DNA of 64,000 bases from an uncultured Gammaproteobacteria bacterium (GTDB taxonomy: Bacteria > Patescibacteriota > Patescibacteriia > Magasanikbacterales > GWA2-37-8), in NCBI GenBank assembly GCA_964540825.1, contig CAZINT010000001.1, positions 142,735 through 206,734 on the forward strand. The letters run 5' to 3'. The position numbers and the translations under genes are program-made. Below, one piece after another: positions 44,075 to 53,445 of this stretch. Below the pieces are notes generated by a model. That model was not told the DNA's origin, searched no databases, and saw only the letters and a program-made list of their open reading frames with translations. The first letter of the stretch is position 1; the number at the start of each line of letters is the position of its first letter.

Positions 44075-44929
44075 TTATTTTTCCTGGTACTTTTGTTCGG
44101 CAGCCAAAAGTGTGTTGTAGAGAAGTAAGGCAATCGTGATAGGCCCTACACCGCCGGGGGTTGGCGTAACGCCAGCTGCTTTTTTGAGCGCTTCTGATAC
44201 GTTTACGTCGCCATACATTTTATTGTTCTCGTCAAAGGCAACTCCGGCATCAATAACAATTGCACCGGGTTTGATCATGTTCCCCCGAATAAGATCTTTT
44301 TTGCCAACGCCGCTAATAATAATGTCGGCGCGCAAACATTTTTCTTTCAGGTGTTTAGTTTGACTGTTGCAGGTGGTAACGCTCGCTTTAAGGTTCGGCA
44401 GGAGAATACTCAGCGGTTTTCCAACCAGTATGCCCATCCCGACAAGACAAATATCTTTGCCAGCCACATCGATTTTGAGGCTTTCGAGGATCTTAAGGAT
44501 CGCGCCGGCCGTTGGCGGTACGAGTACATTTGTTTTGAGAACCATTTTACCGATGGTTGTTTCGTTTAAGCAATCAATATCAATGTCTGGGTGCACGGCA
44601 TTGAGCAGGGCGGGAGTATAGAGATGCTCCGGAACAGGCAGTTGTACAATGAGACCGGTTAGTTTTTTGTTTCGCTGAATTGCGGCTATTTTTTTAAGCA
44701 GTTCGGTCTGGGTGATCGCTTGAGGAAAACGATGTAGGGTAAAATCAAAACCAAGTTTGCGGGCCATTACTTCTTTCTTGCGCACGTACGTTTCGGATGG
44801 GGCGTGTGACCCAACCAAAACAACACCCAGGTGTGGGGTGCAGCCATTTTGTTTGAGTACGCGTGTGCGGCGCCCCGTAACACGGTGCAGTTGATCCGCA
44901 ATTTTTTTTCCATCAATAAGAATTCCCAT
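44075..44929 (-). CDS. folD: bifunctional methylenetetrahydrofolate dehydrogenase/cyclohydrolase
   Basis: Full-length FolD similarity (..GKDICLVGMGILVGKPL.., Rossmann NAD(P) site). Confidence 0.9.
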   Translation of the reverse strand: MGILIDGKKIADQLHRVTGRRTRVLKQNGCTPHLGVVLVGSHAPSETYVRKKEVMARKLGFDFTLHRFPQAITQTELLKKIAAIQRNKKLTGLIVQLPVPEHLYTPALLNAVHPDIDIDCLNETTIGKMVLKTNVLVPPTAGAILKILESLKIDVAGKDICLVGMGILVGKPLSILLPNLKASVTTCNSQTKHLKEKCLRADIIISGVGKKDLIRGNMIKPGAIVIDAGVAFDENNKMYGDVNVSEALKKAAGVTPTPGGVGPITIALLLYNTLLAAEQKYQEK

Positions 44930-44980
44930 GGAAGTATTTTTTGGCAGTATAGCAGTTTTTGGTAGAATAGTAAACGATAC

Positions 44981-46237
44981 CTACCGTACGGTGGGTAGCT
45001 CTTTAAGTGAAGTTGTAAACCGCTGAGAGGTATGGTCTTTGCGCATACTCCACTCTTTTTTGATCCCACTCCCAGCAATAAACAGGGTGTCTTTGCCAAA
45101 GTGACGATTCACTCGGTCAACCGCTTGCATGAGGCTATTGTTTTTTTCAAATGCGACCGGAGTAAAGAGATTTTGTTGCACTGTTGTCTCGGGTAAAAGC
45201 CCAACGCAGCACACGCCAGCTTTAAAGTAGCGATACCCATCGCGGTATACGGCATCAACCAGCTCCATAGCTTTGCTTACAAGGTACGGCGTGTATGAAG
45301 AAGCCACCGGTAGGTGAAAGCCTTTGCTGCCAGTATATTTTTTATCAAGGTTGAAACGGTTGGTTCGGATGTAAATATAAAAATACGAGGTGACAAGGCC
45401 TTCTTCGCGTAATTTTTCAGCTGCTCGTTCGGTATACGTGGCTACAGCCTCTTTGAGCGCGTCTTTAGTGGTGACGGCCTTGCCAAATGAACGCGTACAC
45501 ATAATTCCTTTTTTGGGCTCAGGATCATCGTCCAATTTGAAGCAGGGGATGCCGCGCAGTTCGTAGGCAATATGAAGGCCGGTAATACTAAGGTGTTTTC
45601 TGATCCAGGCGTCCGAGTGTTCGAGGAGTTGTCCGGCAGTAGTAACCCCAAGCGCCTTTAATTTTTTCGTGGATTTCCGGCCAATTCCCCAAAGTTCTCC
45701 AACGGGTAAATCATGGAGAATAAAGCTAACGTCTTCGTGCGTGATATCGCAGACACCATTAAAGTGGGGGTATTTTTTGGCCATATGGTTGGCGACTTTC
45801 GCGAGGACCTTGGTGCTGGCGATGCCAATCGATACGGGAATGCGCGTCCACTGCCGAACGGTTTGACGAATGGTTTGACCGAGCGCTTCATTACTCGTAC
45901 CTCCGGGCAACTTTAGAAAAGCTTCGTCGATCGAATAGACTTCGAGTTCATCTGTAAACTCCTCAAGTGTCGTCATGACCCGCTGTGACAAGTCGCCGTA
46001 CAGTGAAAAATTTGAGGAAAAGACTTTAATATTATTTTTTTGAACAATATCTTTGTATTTAAAGTATGGTGCTCCCATAGGAATACCTAAGTCTTTTACT
46101 TCTTTGGAACGTGAAATAAAACAGCCGTCGTTATTCGACAAAACGGCTACCGGTACTTTTTCAAGAGCAGGCTGAAACGCTCGTTCACACGAGACAAAAA
46201 AATTATTGCAATCCACCAGGGCAAAGACTTCGGGCAC
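44981..46237 (-). CDS. umuC: Y-family translesion DNA polymerase (UmuC-like)
   Basis: FALVDCNNFFVSCERAF..VAVLSNNDGCFISRS N-terminal palm motifs. Confidence 0.8.
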   Translation of the reverse strand: MPEVFALVDCNNFFVSCERAFQPALEKVPVAVLSNNDGCFISRSKEVKDLGIPMGAPYFKYKDIVQKNNIKVFSSNFSLYGDLSQRVMTTLEEFTDELEVYSIDEAFLKLPGGTSNEALGQTIRQTVRQWTRIPVSIGIASTKVLAKVANHMAKKYPHFNGVCDITHEDVSFILHDLPVGELWGIGRKSTKKLKALGVTTAGQLLEHSDAWIRKHLSITGLHIAYELRGIPCFKLDDDPEPKKGIMCTRSFGKAVTTKDALKEAVATYTERAAEKLREEGLVTSYFYIYIRTNRFNLDKKYTGSKGFHLPVASSYTPYLVSKAMELVDAVYRDGYRYFKAGVCCVGLLPETTVQQNLFTPVAFEKNNSLMQAVDRVNRHFGKDTLFIAGSGIKKEWSMRKDHTSQRFTTSLKELPTVR

Positions 46238-46242
46238 AGAGG

Positions 46243-46680
46243 TTATTTTACTTGACGAACCACACCGGTCACGACGCCGAGAATGGTAAAATTGTCGTCG
46301 GGATTAATAAGAAGTGGGGCATAGTCCGGGTTTTCGGCTTTAAGCCAGGTTTTGCCTTTATCCTGCCAAAAGCGTTTCACGAGAAATTCGCCTTCTACAG
46401 CCGCCACTACAATTTTATTGTGCACGGGGCGAAGCGATGCGTCAATAACGAGCAAATCGCCGTCGCAAATAGCTGCTCCCTCCATGGAAGACCCGCTGAC
46501 GCGAACCAGATACGTCGCTGGGCGATTGTGGATGAGGAGGTCATTAAGATCAATCGCATCTTCCACATAATCATCAGCGGGGGACGGAAAACCCGCGGAG
46601 AGCGGGCTGGAGTAGAGGGGGAGTGTGCTGGTTTTACTGGTGCGGGGAAGAAAAATTTTAGTTGCTTTTGATAACTCCAT
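46243..46680 (-). CDS. umuD: S24 peptidase (UmuD/LexA C-terminal domain-like, no HTH)
   Basis: VRVSGSSMEGAAICDGDLLVID..KRF, with Ser-Lys dyad. Gap of 5 nt to umuC. Confidence 0.75.
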   Translation of the reverse strand: MELSKATKIFLPRTSKTSTLPLYSSPLSAGFPSPADDYVEDAIDLNDLLIHNRPATYLVRVSGSSMEGAAICDGDLLVIDASLRPVHNKIVVAAVEGEFLVKRFWQDKGKTWLKAENPDYAPLLINPDDNFTILGVVTGVVRQVK

Positions 46681-46682
46681 AG

Positions 46683-47708
46683 CTATACTTGTATATCGAT
46701 TTTAGTTAGCAGCTTAATAAATTCTTTCGTATATTTTTGGGGATCAAGCGAAACACGGAAATGGTTTTCGGAAATAGGGCGAACGAGATTGAAGGGAGCT
46801 TTTTCTATGGTGCGTTTAAATATTTCGCGGATAGCCTCGTCTGGTTTAATAAGCACAAATGTCGCGTCCGATGGGTAGGCGGTAAAATGTTTGAGGTTAT
46901 TAAGAGCGGTAATAAAGTTGGTCCGGTCCTTAATGATGCGTTCGCGTAGTTTTTTATAATACCCGGTCGCGCCAAGGGCGGCAAGAGCCGTTTCTTCTAA
47001 GATGCGGCTAAACCCTAAGTAATAGGGCTGGTATCCGAGCAATTTCTGCGCTTCGCTGCCAGAGAGGCAATAGGCGATACGCAGGCCCGCTAATGCATAG
47101 AGTTTAGAAAACGTTCGGGTAATGATGAGGTTTTCGTAAGTGGTAACCAGTTTTGTGGTAATTGCATCTTCGTTTTTTCCGGCTAGTCCCGCGTAAGCGC
47201 CATCAATAATTACTAACGTTTTTTTAGAAATAGCGGTAAGTAATTTTTCTAAATCGCGCACGGCCACAGAGTTGCCGGTTGGGTTGTTAGGGGATGTGAT
47301 CAAGATAATTTTTGGTTTGGTTTTTTTGTATTGCTTGATGCAGTCGTCGATATCAAAAATAAATTTCGCACCGGTATCAGTCAGTTTAAAAGTATGTAAT
47401 TTAAATCCACGAGCGGCCGCATATTTTTCGTAATAGACGTAGTGGTACTCGTGTGTCAGTACAGAATCTTTTTGTGGGTCAAGACTATTAAAGACAGTAC
47501 GCAAAAAATCTTCACTTCCGTAGCTAAGCGCAATTTGGTTTTCGGGGAGCTTAAATTTTTGGGCGAGCTTGGGAACAAGGAGTGAGGTGTAGTATCCGGC
47601 TAAGTACTGCGAAGCGTGGCTTGGTTTAAAATTTTTGAGTACTTTTAAACAGGCCGGAGCAGGCCCCACGGTCATTTCGTTGCGATTGAGGAGGATCTGT
47701 TTTTTCAT
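46683..47708 (-). CDS. class I/II PLP-dependent aminotransferase (histidinol-phosphate aminotransferase-like)
   Basis: ITSPNNPTGNSV and TFSKLYALAGLRIAY (PLP lysine). Confidence 0.75.
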   Translation of the reverse strand: MKKQILLNRNEMTVGPAPACLKVLKNFKPSHASQYLAGYYTSLLVPKLAQKFKLPENQIALSYGSEDFLRTVFNSLDPQKDSVLTHEYHYVYYEKYAAARGFKLHTFKLTDTGAKFIFDIDDCIKQYKKTKPKIILITSPNNPTGNSVAVRDLEKLLTAISKKTLVIIDGAYAGLAGKNEDAITTKLVTTYENLIITRTFSKLYALAGLRIAYCLSGSEAQKLLGYQPYYLGFSRILEETALAALGATGYYKKLRERIIKDRTNFITALNNLKHFTAYPSDATFVLIKPDEAIREIFKRTIEKAPFNLVRPISENHFRVSLDPQKYTKEFIKLLTKIDIQV

Positions 47709-48148
47709 TAGATTTTACTCAGATTTTCATTAATGACGATAGGCTTTGTTCCGCGCAGTTCTTCGCTGTAGGACATTTCCGGGATTGGTTTATAGAAGTA
47801 GATTTTTTTATTAAGGTGAAAAGCAAGGCCAATTTCCATGAGGGTGTTCGCACCGACATACCCGGGAATACTATTTTTATCATAATTCAAAACAAGAATA
47901 CCATCTGCCCAGGCAACTTTATTGAAGTGGGCTCTGATTGCTTTTTCTTTCATATCCCAAATTTCGGTATCGGCTCGGCCCGCGGCTTTACGTACACGGT
48001 AGTATTCGGTCACCGGCATTTGTGTTCCGTCGGCTGCGGTAACGGTTGCCGGGGGTAGCTTTACTTCGTGGCCCAGAGATTCTAAGCTCTTTTGAGCGGC
48101 GAGCATTTCAGGGTAGAACGCAATACTGCCGCAGAGGGTTATTTTCAT
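47708..48148 (-). CDS. nucleoside 2-deoxyribosyltransferase-like small Rossmann-like protein
   Basis: 146 aa: ITLCGSIAF..ADGILVLNYD..GYVGANTLMEIGLAFHLNKKIYF pattern. Low confidence. Confidence 0.4.
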   Translation of the reverse strand: MKITLCGSIAFYPEMLAAQKSLESLGHEVKLPPATVTAADGTQMPVTEYYRVRKAAGRADTEIWDMKEKAIRAHFNKVAWADGILVLNYDKNSIPGYVGANTLMEIGLAFHLNKKIYFYKPIPEMSYSEELRGTKPIVINENLSKI

Positions 48149-48310
48149 AGTTTAAATTATAATTTGAGGTGTAGTATGGTCCTCTCCTGTAAGGTACTAT
48201 ACCTTCCTTAAACGCATTATTCAAGAATATATTCTGTGTAATTGCCTGCTTTTTGACGTATAAAAGATGGGTCAAAATAAAAAGAAGTCCTGTAGACTTC
48301 TTTTATATAG

Positions 48311-48381
48311 CTCGGGGACCTGGATTCGAACCAAGATACACAGCTTCAGAGGCTGTAGTCCTACCATTAGACGATCCCCGA
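48311..48381 (-). tRNA. tRNA-Gln (CTG)
   Basis: Minus strand reads UCGGGGAUCGUCUAAUGGUAGGACUACAGCCUCUGAAGCUGUGUAUCUUGGUUCGAAUCCAGGUCCCCGAG. U1:A72 pair typical of tRNA-Gln; anticodon loop cuCUGaa. Followed by hairpin + T-run (48281-48308). Confidence 0.85.
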
Positions 48382-48397
48382 ATTTAGTTTTTCACTC

Positions 48398-49126
48398 TTA
48401 TTTTTGGCTTGTAAACAGCACTGTTGGCACGCCACTGGTTTTTTTGGTGACATGGCTATAGTCGCGCAATGTGTCCAAAATTGTAGCATATGGATAGCGC
48501 GAGTCAAGCCCTCCCTCCCACCCGTTATCATTGACAATAAACTCCTGTTTTTGTTCGTCAAAACCAACCAAAACCATCATATGGTAAGAAGATCCTGTCG
48601 GTACAAAGTTCAGTTCAGGGTTATTAAGGCCAAAACCGTAATGAAGTGAGATGACCGGACGGCCGGCTGCTAACTCGGCCTTAATTGCGGCAAGGGTGGG
48701 GTTCTGTTGCACGGTCGCTTTAAATGATGTTGCTTCGTTGATGAGGCGGGCGGTTTCAGCGGCAGTTGTGTTGGCGTTATAGCCAAATTCTTTGTTTTCC
48801 CAAGCAACGAGTTTTAAGATCAATTTTTCCTCGTCTGCCCGATTGGCCGGTTTAGTACCCTGGTAGAAATATTCCACCATGGCAACACTGGCTTCTTCGC
48901 AAGCGTTATTCCAGGGTTTGGACCAATTATTATTGACTACTTCGGGTATAAAAGGAACATCTAAAGTAACCTTTTCAGGAGGAGTGTTCGGCGCTTTGGT
49001 GGGGGTAAGGGGCCAGGGATCCGTTGAAGAAGTAGTTTGATCAGGGGTGGCTGGCCAAGGTAAAAGGGTTGTTGTGCAGCCGGTCAACCAGCAAAAACCC
49101 AGAGCAACAACGATTATTTTCTTCAT
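48398..49126 (-). CDS. lipoprotein with papain-like (C39_2/YvpB-like) cysteine peptidase domain
   Basis: Lipobox WLTGC. Catalytic-type Cys in WNNACEEASVAM; His/Asn in SYHMMVLVGFD..VNDNGW. Confidence 0.55.
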   Translation of the reverse strand: MKKIIVVALGFCWLTGCTTTLLPWPATPDQTTSSTDPWPLTPTKAPNTPPEKVTLDVPFIPEVVNNNWSKPWNNACEEASVAMVEYFYQGTKPANRADEEKLILKLVAWENKEFGYNANTTAAETARLINEATSFKATVQQNPTLAAIKAELAAGRPVISLHYGFGLNNPELNFVPTGSSYHMMVLVGFDEQKQEFIVNDNGWEGGLDSRYPYATILDTLRDYSHVTKKTSGVPTVLFTSQK

Positions 49127-49131
49127 AGAGT

Positions 49132-50772
49132 TTAAGCCACCACTTCGCCGCCGAATTCAGAAGCGAGATTGGTAAGCGAAGTGTCTGGGGCAGGAGTGGC
49201 GTAGGGGGAAGCGGCGGGCACGACACGAGAATTCAAAAATATTTTTTCATTAAACAGTTTTTCGAGCACGTCTTCGATGGCGCGTCTATTTTTGACCTCT
49301 TCTAATTTTTCGCGATGAAAAGCATAGGGGACTGTCAGATGGAGTCCTTCATGATCAATTTTTTCGATCGCAGACATTTTGAGAATGAAGGTGAGAGAGT
49401 GGTTTGTTTCGGAAAGTTTAGTCATGAATTCGGTCCACCTTTTTTCAATTTCGGGGAGGGTAGTTACTGGAGTATGATGGCCGGTAATAGTTGAGATGGC
49501 TGATTTTATGGATTCGCCAATAGTAGGCCGCACAACCTCGCTGGTTGTGGCTAAAGGAGTGCTGGCAGTTTCAACTTTTGCTGGTGTTGGAATGGGCGCG
49601 GGCGAAGCTGCTGCAACCGGTGCGCTAGCACGGCGGCCTACAGTAGTGGATATAACGGATGTAGTCGCTGATTCAGGCGCGGCACAAAACTCAACAGCCA
49701 AAAGTTCAAGTGGCAAATGTGGCAGTGGTGCGGTCTTCATCTCCGCTCGGCGTTTTAGAGTAAGGTCAACGAGGCGCACCAGCGAAGCGGCGCTGAGTGA
49801 GCCGGCTACTTTTTGGAGTGCGGCAAGTGTTTCAGGGCTATAGAGCCCGGAGAAAAAAGTAGTGTCGTGGGTGCTGTGAATAATGAGTAGGGTGTGTAAA
49901 AGTTCGACAAGATCGAGTCCAAATTGATTAAGATTTGTTCCTTCGGTATGGAGTCGGCCCAAAAGTACCACGGCAGCCTTCGTGTCGCCGGCAACTATAT
50001 GTTCAATAAATTCAAGTACGCGAGCGGTGTCAGACGTTGGCAGAATCATTTCCGCATCGTTGTGTGTAATTGTACCGCCCGTTGTGGTGAGTGAGAGAAC
50101 CTGACCGAGCAGGCTTTCGGCATCACGCAAGCCACCTTCACTCTTGCGAATAATGCGATCAAGCACGGCTTCTTCAACAGTAATATTTTCGGCTTTAGTA
50201 ATATTCTGCAAACATGTTTTCATGAGGTCGTACGGAATATTTTTGAAATGAAACCGTTCGCAGCGGGAAACAACGGTGGCTGGTAATTTTTGCAATTCAG
50301 TGGTAGCCAAAATAAAAATAGCGTGGGCTGGTGGTTCTTCCAAAGTCTTCAGGAGGGCGTTAAACGAACTCGTGGAGAGCATGTGAACTTCGTCGATAAT
50401 GAAGATCTTGTATTTTGATGAAGTCGGTTTAAATTGAGCGTTTTCAATAATATTTTCACGAACATTATCGACTCCAGTTTGTGAAGCGGCATCTACTTCA
50501 ATAACATCGATACTACGACCGGCCGTAATTTCGGTGCAGGATTTACACGTATCACACGGTTCAGCACTGTCCGCTGTGCGATTTTGGCAGTTAATTGCCT
50601 TGCTGACGAGGCGGGCGATGGTGGTTTTACCAGTTCCGCGCGGCCCATAGAAAAGATACGCGTGGGCCGGAGTACCGCGTTTGATTTCGTTTTGAAGCGT
50701 TTGGAGAATATATTCTTGACCGAATACGGAAGAAAAAGTTTGAGGGCGATATTTACGGTAGAGGGTTGTCAT
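49132..50772 (-). CDS. dnaX: DNA polymerase III subunit gamma/tau
   Basis: AAA+ clamp loader: GPRGTGKTT, zinc module C..C..C..C, DEVHML, SRC motif. Confidence 0.9.
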   Translation of the reverse strand: MTTLYRKYRPQTFSSVFGQEYILQTLQNEIKRGTPAHAYLFYGPRGTGKTTIARLVSKAINCQNRTADSAEPCDTCKSCTEITAGRSIDVIEVDAASQTGVDNVRENIIENAQFKPTSSKYKIFIIDEVHMLSTSSFNALLKTLEEPPAHAIFILATTELQKLPATVVSRCERFHFKNIPYDLMKTCLQNITKAENITVEEAVLDRIIRKSEGGLRDAESLLGQVLSLTTTGGTITHNDAEMILPTSDTARVLEFIEHIVAGDTKAAVVLLGRLHTEGTNLNQFGLDLVELLHTLLIIHSTHDTTFFSGLYSPETLAALQKVAGSLSAASLVRLVDLTLKRRAEMKTAPLPHLPLELLAVEFCAAPESATTSVISTTVGRRASAPVAAASPAPIPTPAKVETASTPLATTSEVVRPTIGESIKSAISTITGHHTPVTTLPEIEKRWTEFMTKLSETNHSLTFILKMSAIEKIDHEGLHLTVPYAFHREKLEEVKNRRAIEDVLEKLFNEKIFLNSRVVPAASPYATPAPDTSLTNLASEFGGEVVA

Positions 50773-50786
50773 AAACTAAGCAGATT

Positions 50787-50852
50787 AAGCAGAGTAGGCA
50801 GAGTAAGAGTAATAAGCATAGTGCAGGCTTACTTACTCTGCCTGCTCTGCTT
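50787..50852. repeat. 21-bp inverted repeat with 24-nt spacer between the ATPase gene and dnaX
   Basis: AAGCAGAGTAGGCAGAGTAAG ... CTTACTCTGCCTGCTCTGCTT (1 mismatch); also a local TAAGCAGA direct repeat. Confidence 0.5.
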
Positions 50853-50871
50853 AGAACTTATTCTGCTTCAA

Positions 50872-53424
50872 TTAGAGCGTCGCTTCGCTAAAATCAATAT
50901 CTTCGCCTTTTGGTGAACCGAGTTGCGCCCGATCCATAATTTCGGCATTAACGATTTCTCGCGGGCGACCGTACTTGAGGCGGGACAGTTCTTTGATCGC
51001 GGCTGCTAGCTCTTTGTTACCTTCTTTAGGCCCGTATGTCAACATATTAAATGGTTTCGCAGCAGTATTATCAATGAGGAGTTTGATGTAGGCAGTGTAC
51101 TGCTCTACGTTAATCAGGTCATACGCACCAAATACCGGAGCAAATTCTTTGGCTAAGACTTCGGCGTCTTCCACACCAATACGGAAACTGACGAGTGTGC
51201 CGGCATTACCCAGCACCGCATCGCGCACCGTGGTTTTGCCTTTGTTGTCTTCGAGCTGTTTCATGTATTGGTGAGCAATAATCAGTTCCAGGCGGTATTT
51301 ACGGGCTTCAGAAAGAATAGTAGCGATTGAATCGGTAATAAAGTTTTGGAACTCATCGATATAGAGAAAGAAATCATGGCGCTGGTCCTCGGGGAGTGAA
51401 GCGCGCTCAAGAGCGGCCATTTGGAGTTTGCTGACAATAATCATACCCATGAGGTTGGCGTTAATTTCACCCACCAAACCTTTGGCGAGATTAACCAGTA
51501 AGATTTTTTTGCCATCCATGACTTCGCGGAAATTAAAGCCCGATTTTGATTGGCCAATAATGTTGCGAACCATTTCGTTTTCCACAAAGCGGCCGACTTT
51601 GGAGATAAGGTAACCGAGCATTTCTGATTTATGAAAATCAGACGTTTTGGCCATTTCTTTGTCCCAATACGCGCGAACGACCGGATCTTTAAGTTTTTTC
51701 TTCCATTGGTTGACGAACGTGTCGTCACTAAACATGCGCGGAATTTCGGCGATTGTGCCGGGGGCTTCAAGGTCTGACATAAGCGTCAACATAACGTTGC
51801 GCATGTTATGCTCAAACATCGGGCCGATCATGGACGGGTCAGTAACCATTTTATAGAAAATGGAAATCATTTCCTGGGTAGCAAAATCTTTTTGCTCTTC
51901 GCTTTTTACTTCCAGCATGTTGAGCCCGATCGGGCGTTCAATATCAGATGGGTTGAAATAAATAACGTCGTCAGCGCGTTCCTTAGGGACATGCTGCAAG
52001 ACGTATTCGACGAAGTCGCCGTGCGGATCAATAACACAAACACCTTCGCCGTTTTGGATATCTTGTACAGCCAAATTCTGGATAAAGACCGATTTACCGC
52101 CGCCAGATTTACCAATGACATACAGGTGGCGGCGCCTATCAGATACTTTCATTTTGACGAGGGTTTCTTCACCGCGGTAGACGGCGCGGCCAAGTAGGAG
52201 GCCTTCTTTTGGCATGTTGGCCGGCGGGGGAGCCTTGCGAGCGCCGAGCCAATTAATGTGTGGTGTTTCCGTGTGCGGAACAGGCAGGTGCCAAAAACTG
52301 GCCATTTCTTCTGTGTTCGCAACCATATAATATCCTTCCCGCATGGAGCGATAGATGGATTCTTGGATAAGCGACGTTTGGCGGCGGGGGATGGCAGCGC
52401 CAAAGGAATTGCCGTAGCGGTAGATGTTGTACTGACTAAATGAATTAATGATGTTTTCGAGGTTAAGCTGGGCCTTTTCTTTGCTGCTGGCTGAACTAAT
52501 CAGGCGGATGGTCATCTCAAGTCCGCCGTGACTGATTTTTTCTTCCATGTTTTTGACCATTTCTTCTTCCATCTGGGTCAAGGCATATTTTTCGGATGGC
52601 TTACTGGGATCATGTTTTTTAGGAAAAAGAAGTTTGCCTAATTTCGAGATGCTGTGGAAAAAAGCGATGCGGTTGGCAACATTTTCAAATTTTTCTCCAC
52701 TGCGAATTTCACGAATGATGTGGACGGCTTCATGTCGCCATTTACCGCTCGCGGGACGAACTACGTATTGAATCATCGCGCCTTCATCTTCGGCGATTTT
52801 ACTGAGCGGATTAAGAATGGATAGGAGCGGGTCAGCATCCATTTTTTTGTACGTTTTGAAAGGAAAAATGGATTTATGCTTGAACCATAGATAAGCGCCG
52901 ACAACGTGACTGGTCGGTTTGAAAATATTGTAGTCGGTTTCTTCGGTAATTTCGGCGTGCGGGTATTGTGCGTTGATTTGTTGTTCGATTAAATCCCGGA
53001 TTTTGTCCGGGACCGCGACGTAGAAAGAAATTTTACTGTCTTTAACGACGATTTCAAACGCAATGTGGTCGTTGCGTCCGCGGAGCCAGGGACCAAGCCC
53101 TTTTTCTTTGTGTAAACCGGCAATAGCTGAAAAAAAGGTGTCAGCAACAGCAACTTGTTCACGGATTTGGTTAATGGTGTCTTCGTTGCCGCCTTCTTGT
53201 TTTTCGCTTTTACGTTCCTTGGGAACGCGAATAAGAAAGACTGTACGGTGAAAAGCCTTGCCCGCTTTATTTTTGGCATGGAGCACGCCGCGGATCGTAA
53301 AAAGAATTGCTAAAAGAATAGCCGCTACAATTGCAGCGAAAAAAATAGCTGTTGCTACGGGGTTCGCGAGAATGCTTGATAGCGCTTCGCGGGTAAAGTC
53401 TAGAAAGGCAGTAAAAATTTCCAT
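50872..53424 (-). CDS. membrane-anchored P-loop ATPase of the HerA/FtsK/TraD (DUF87-type) superfamily with large N-terminal domain
   Basis: N-terminal TMs. N-domain (aa 1–430) is paralogous to 42549..44021. Walker A HLYVIGKSGGGKS followed by VCVIDPHGDF. Walker B FFLYIDEFQNF, then LIIAHQY. Confidence 0.7.
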   Translation of the reverse strand: MEIFTAFLDFTREALSSILANPVATAIFFAAIVAAILLAILFTIRGVLHAKNKAGKAFHRTVFLIRVPKERKSEKQEGGNEDTINQIREQVAVADTFFSAIAGLHKEKGLGPWLRGRNDHIAFEIVVKDSKISFYVAVPDKIRDLIEQQINAQYPHAEITEETDYNIFKPTSHVVGAYLWFKHKSIFPFKTYKKMDADPLLSILNPLSKIAEDEGAMIQYVVRPASGKWRHEAVHIIREIRSGEKFENVANRIAFFHSISKLGKLLFPKKHDPSKPSEKYALTQMEEEMVKNMEEKISHGGLEMTIRLISSASSKEKAQLNLENIINSFSQYNIYRYGNSFGAAIPRRQTSLIQESIYRSMREGYYMVANTEEMASFWHLPVPHTETPHINWLGARKAPPPANMPKEGLLLGRAVYRGEETLVKMKVSDRRRHLYVIGKSGGGKSVFIQNLAVQDIQNGEGVCVIDPHGDFVEYVLQHVPKERADDVIYFNPSDIERPIGLNMLEVKSEEQKDFATQEMISIFYKMVTDPSMIGPMFEHNMRNVMLTLMSDLEAPGTIAEIPRMFSDDTFVNQWKKKLKDPVVRAYWDKEMAKTSDFHKSEMLGYLISKVGRFVENEMVRNIIGQSKSGFNFREVMDGKKILLVNLAKGLVGEINANLMGMIIVSKLQMAALERASLPEDQRHDFFLYIDEFQNFITDSIATILSEARKYRLELIIAHQYMKQLEDNKGKTTVRDAVLGNAGTLVSFRIGVEDAEVLAKEFAPVFGAYDLINVEQYTAYIKLLIDNTAAKPFNMLTYGPKEGNKELAAAIKELSRLKYGRPREIVNAEIMDRAQLGSPKGEDIDFSEATL

Positions 53425-53445
53425 GTCGGAAACTTAAAGATACAA

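Noticed and set aside
48267-48461. 64-aa ORF spanning the tRNA-Gln locus
   Set aside because: It covers a clear tRNA gene and its terminator; no coding features.
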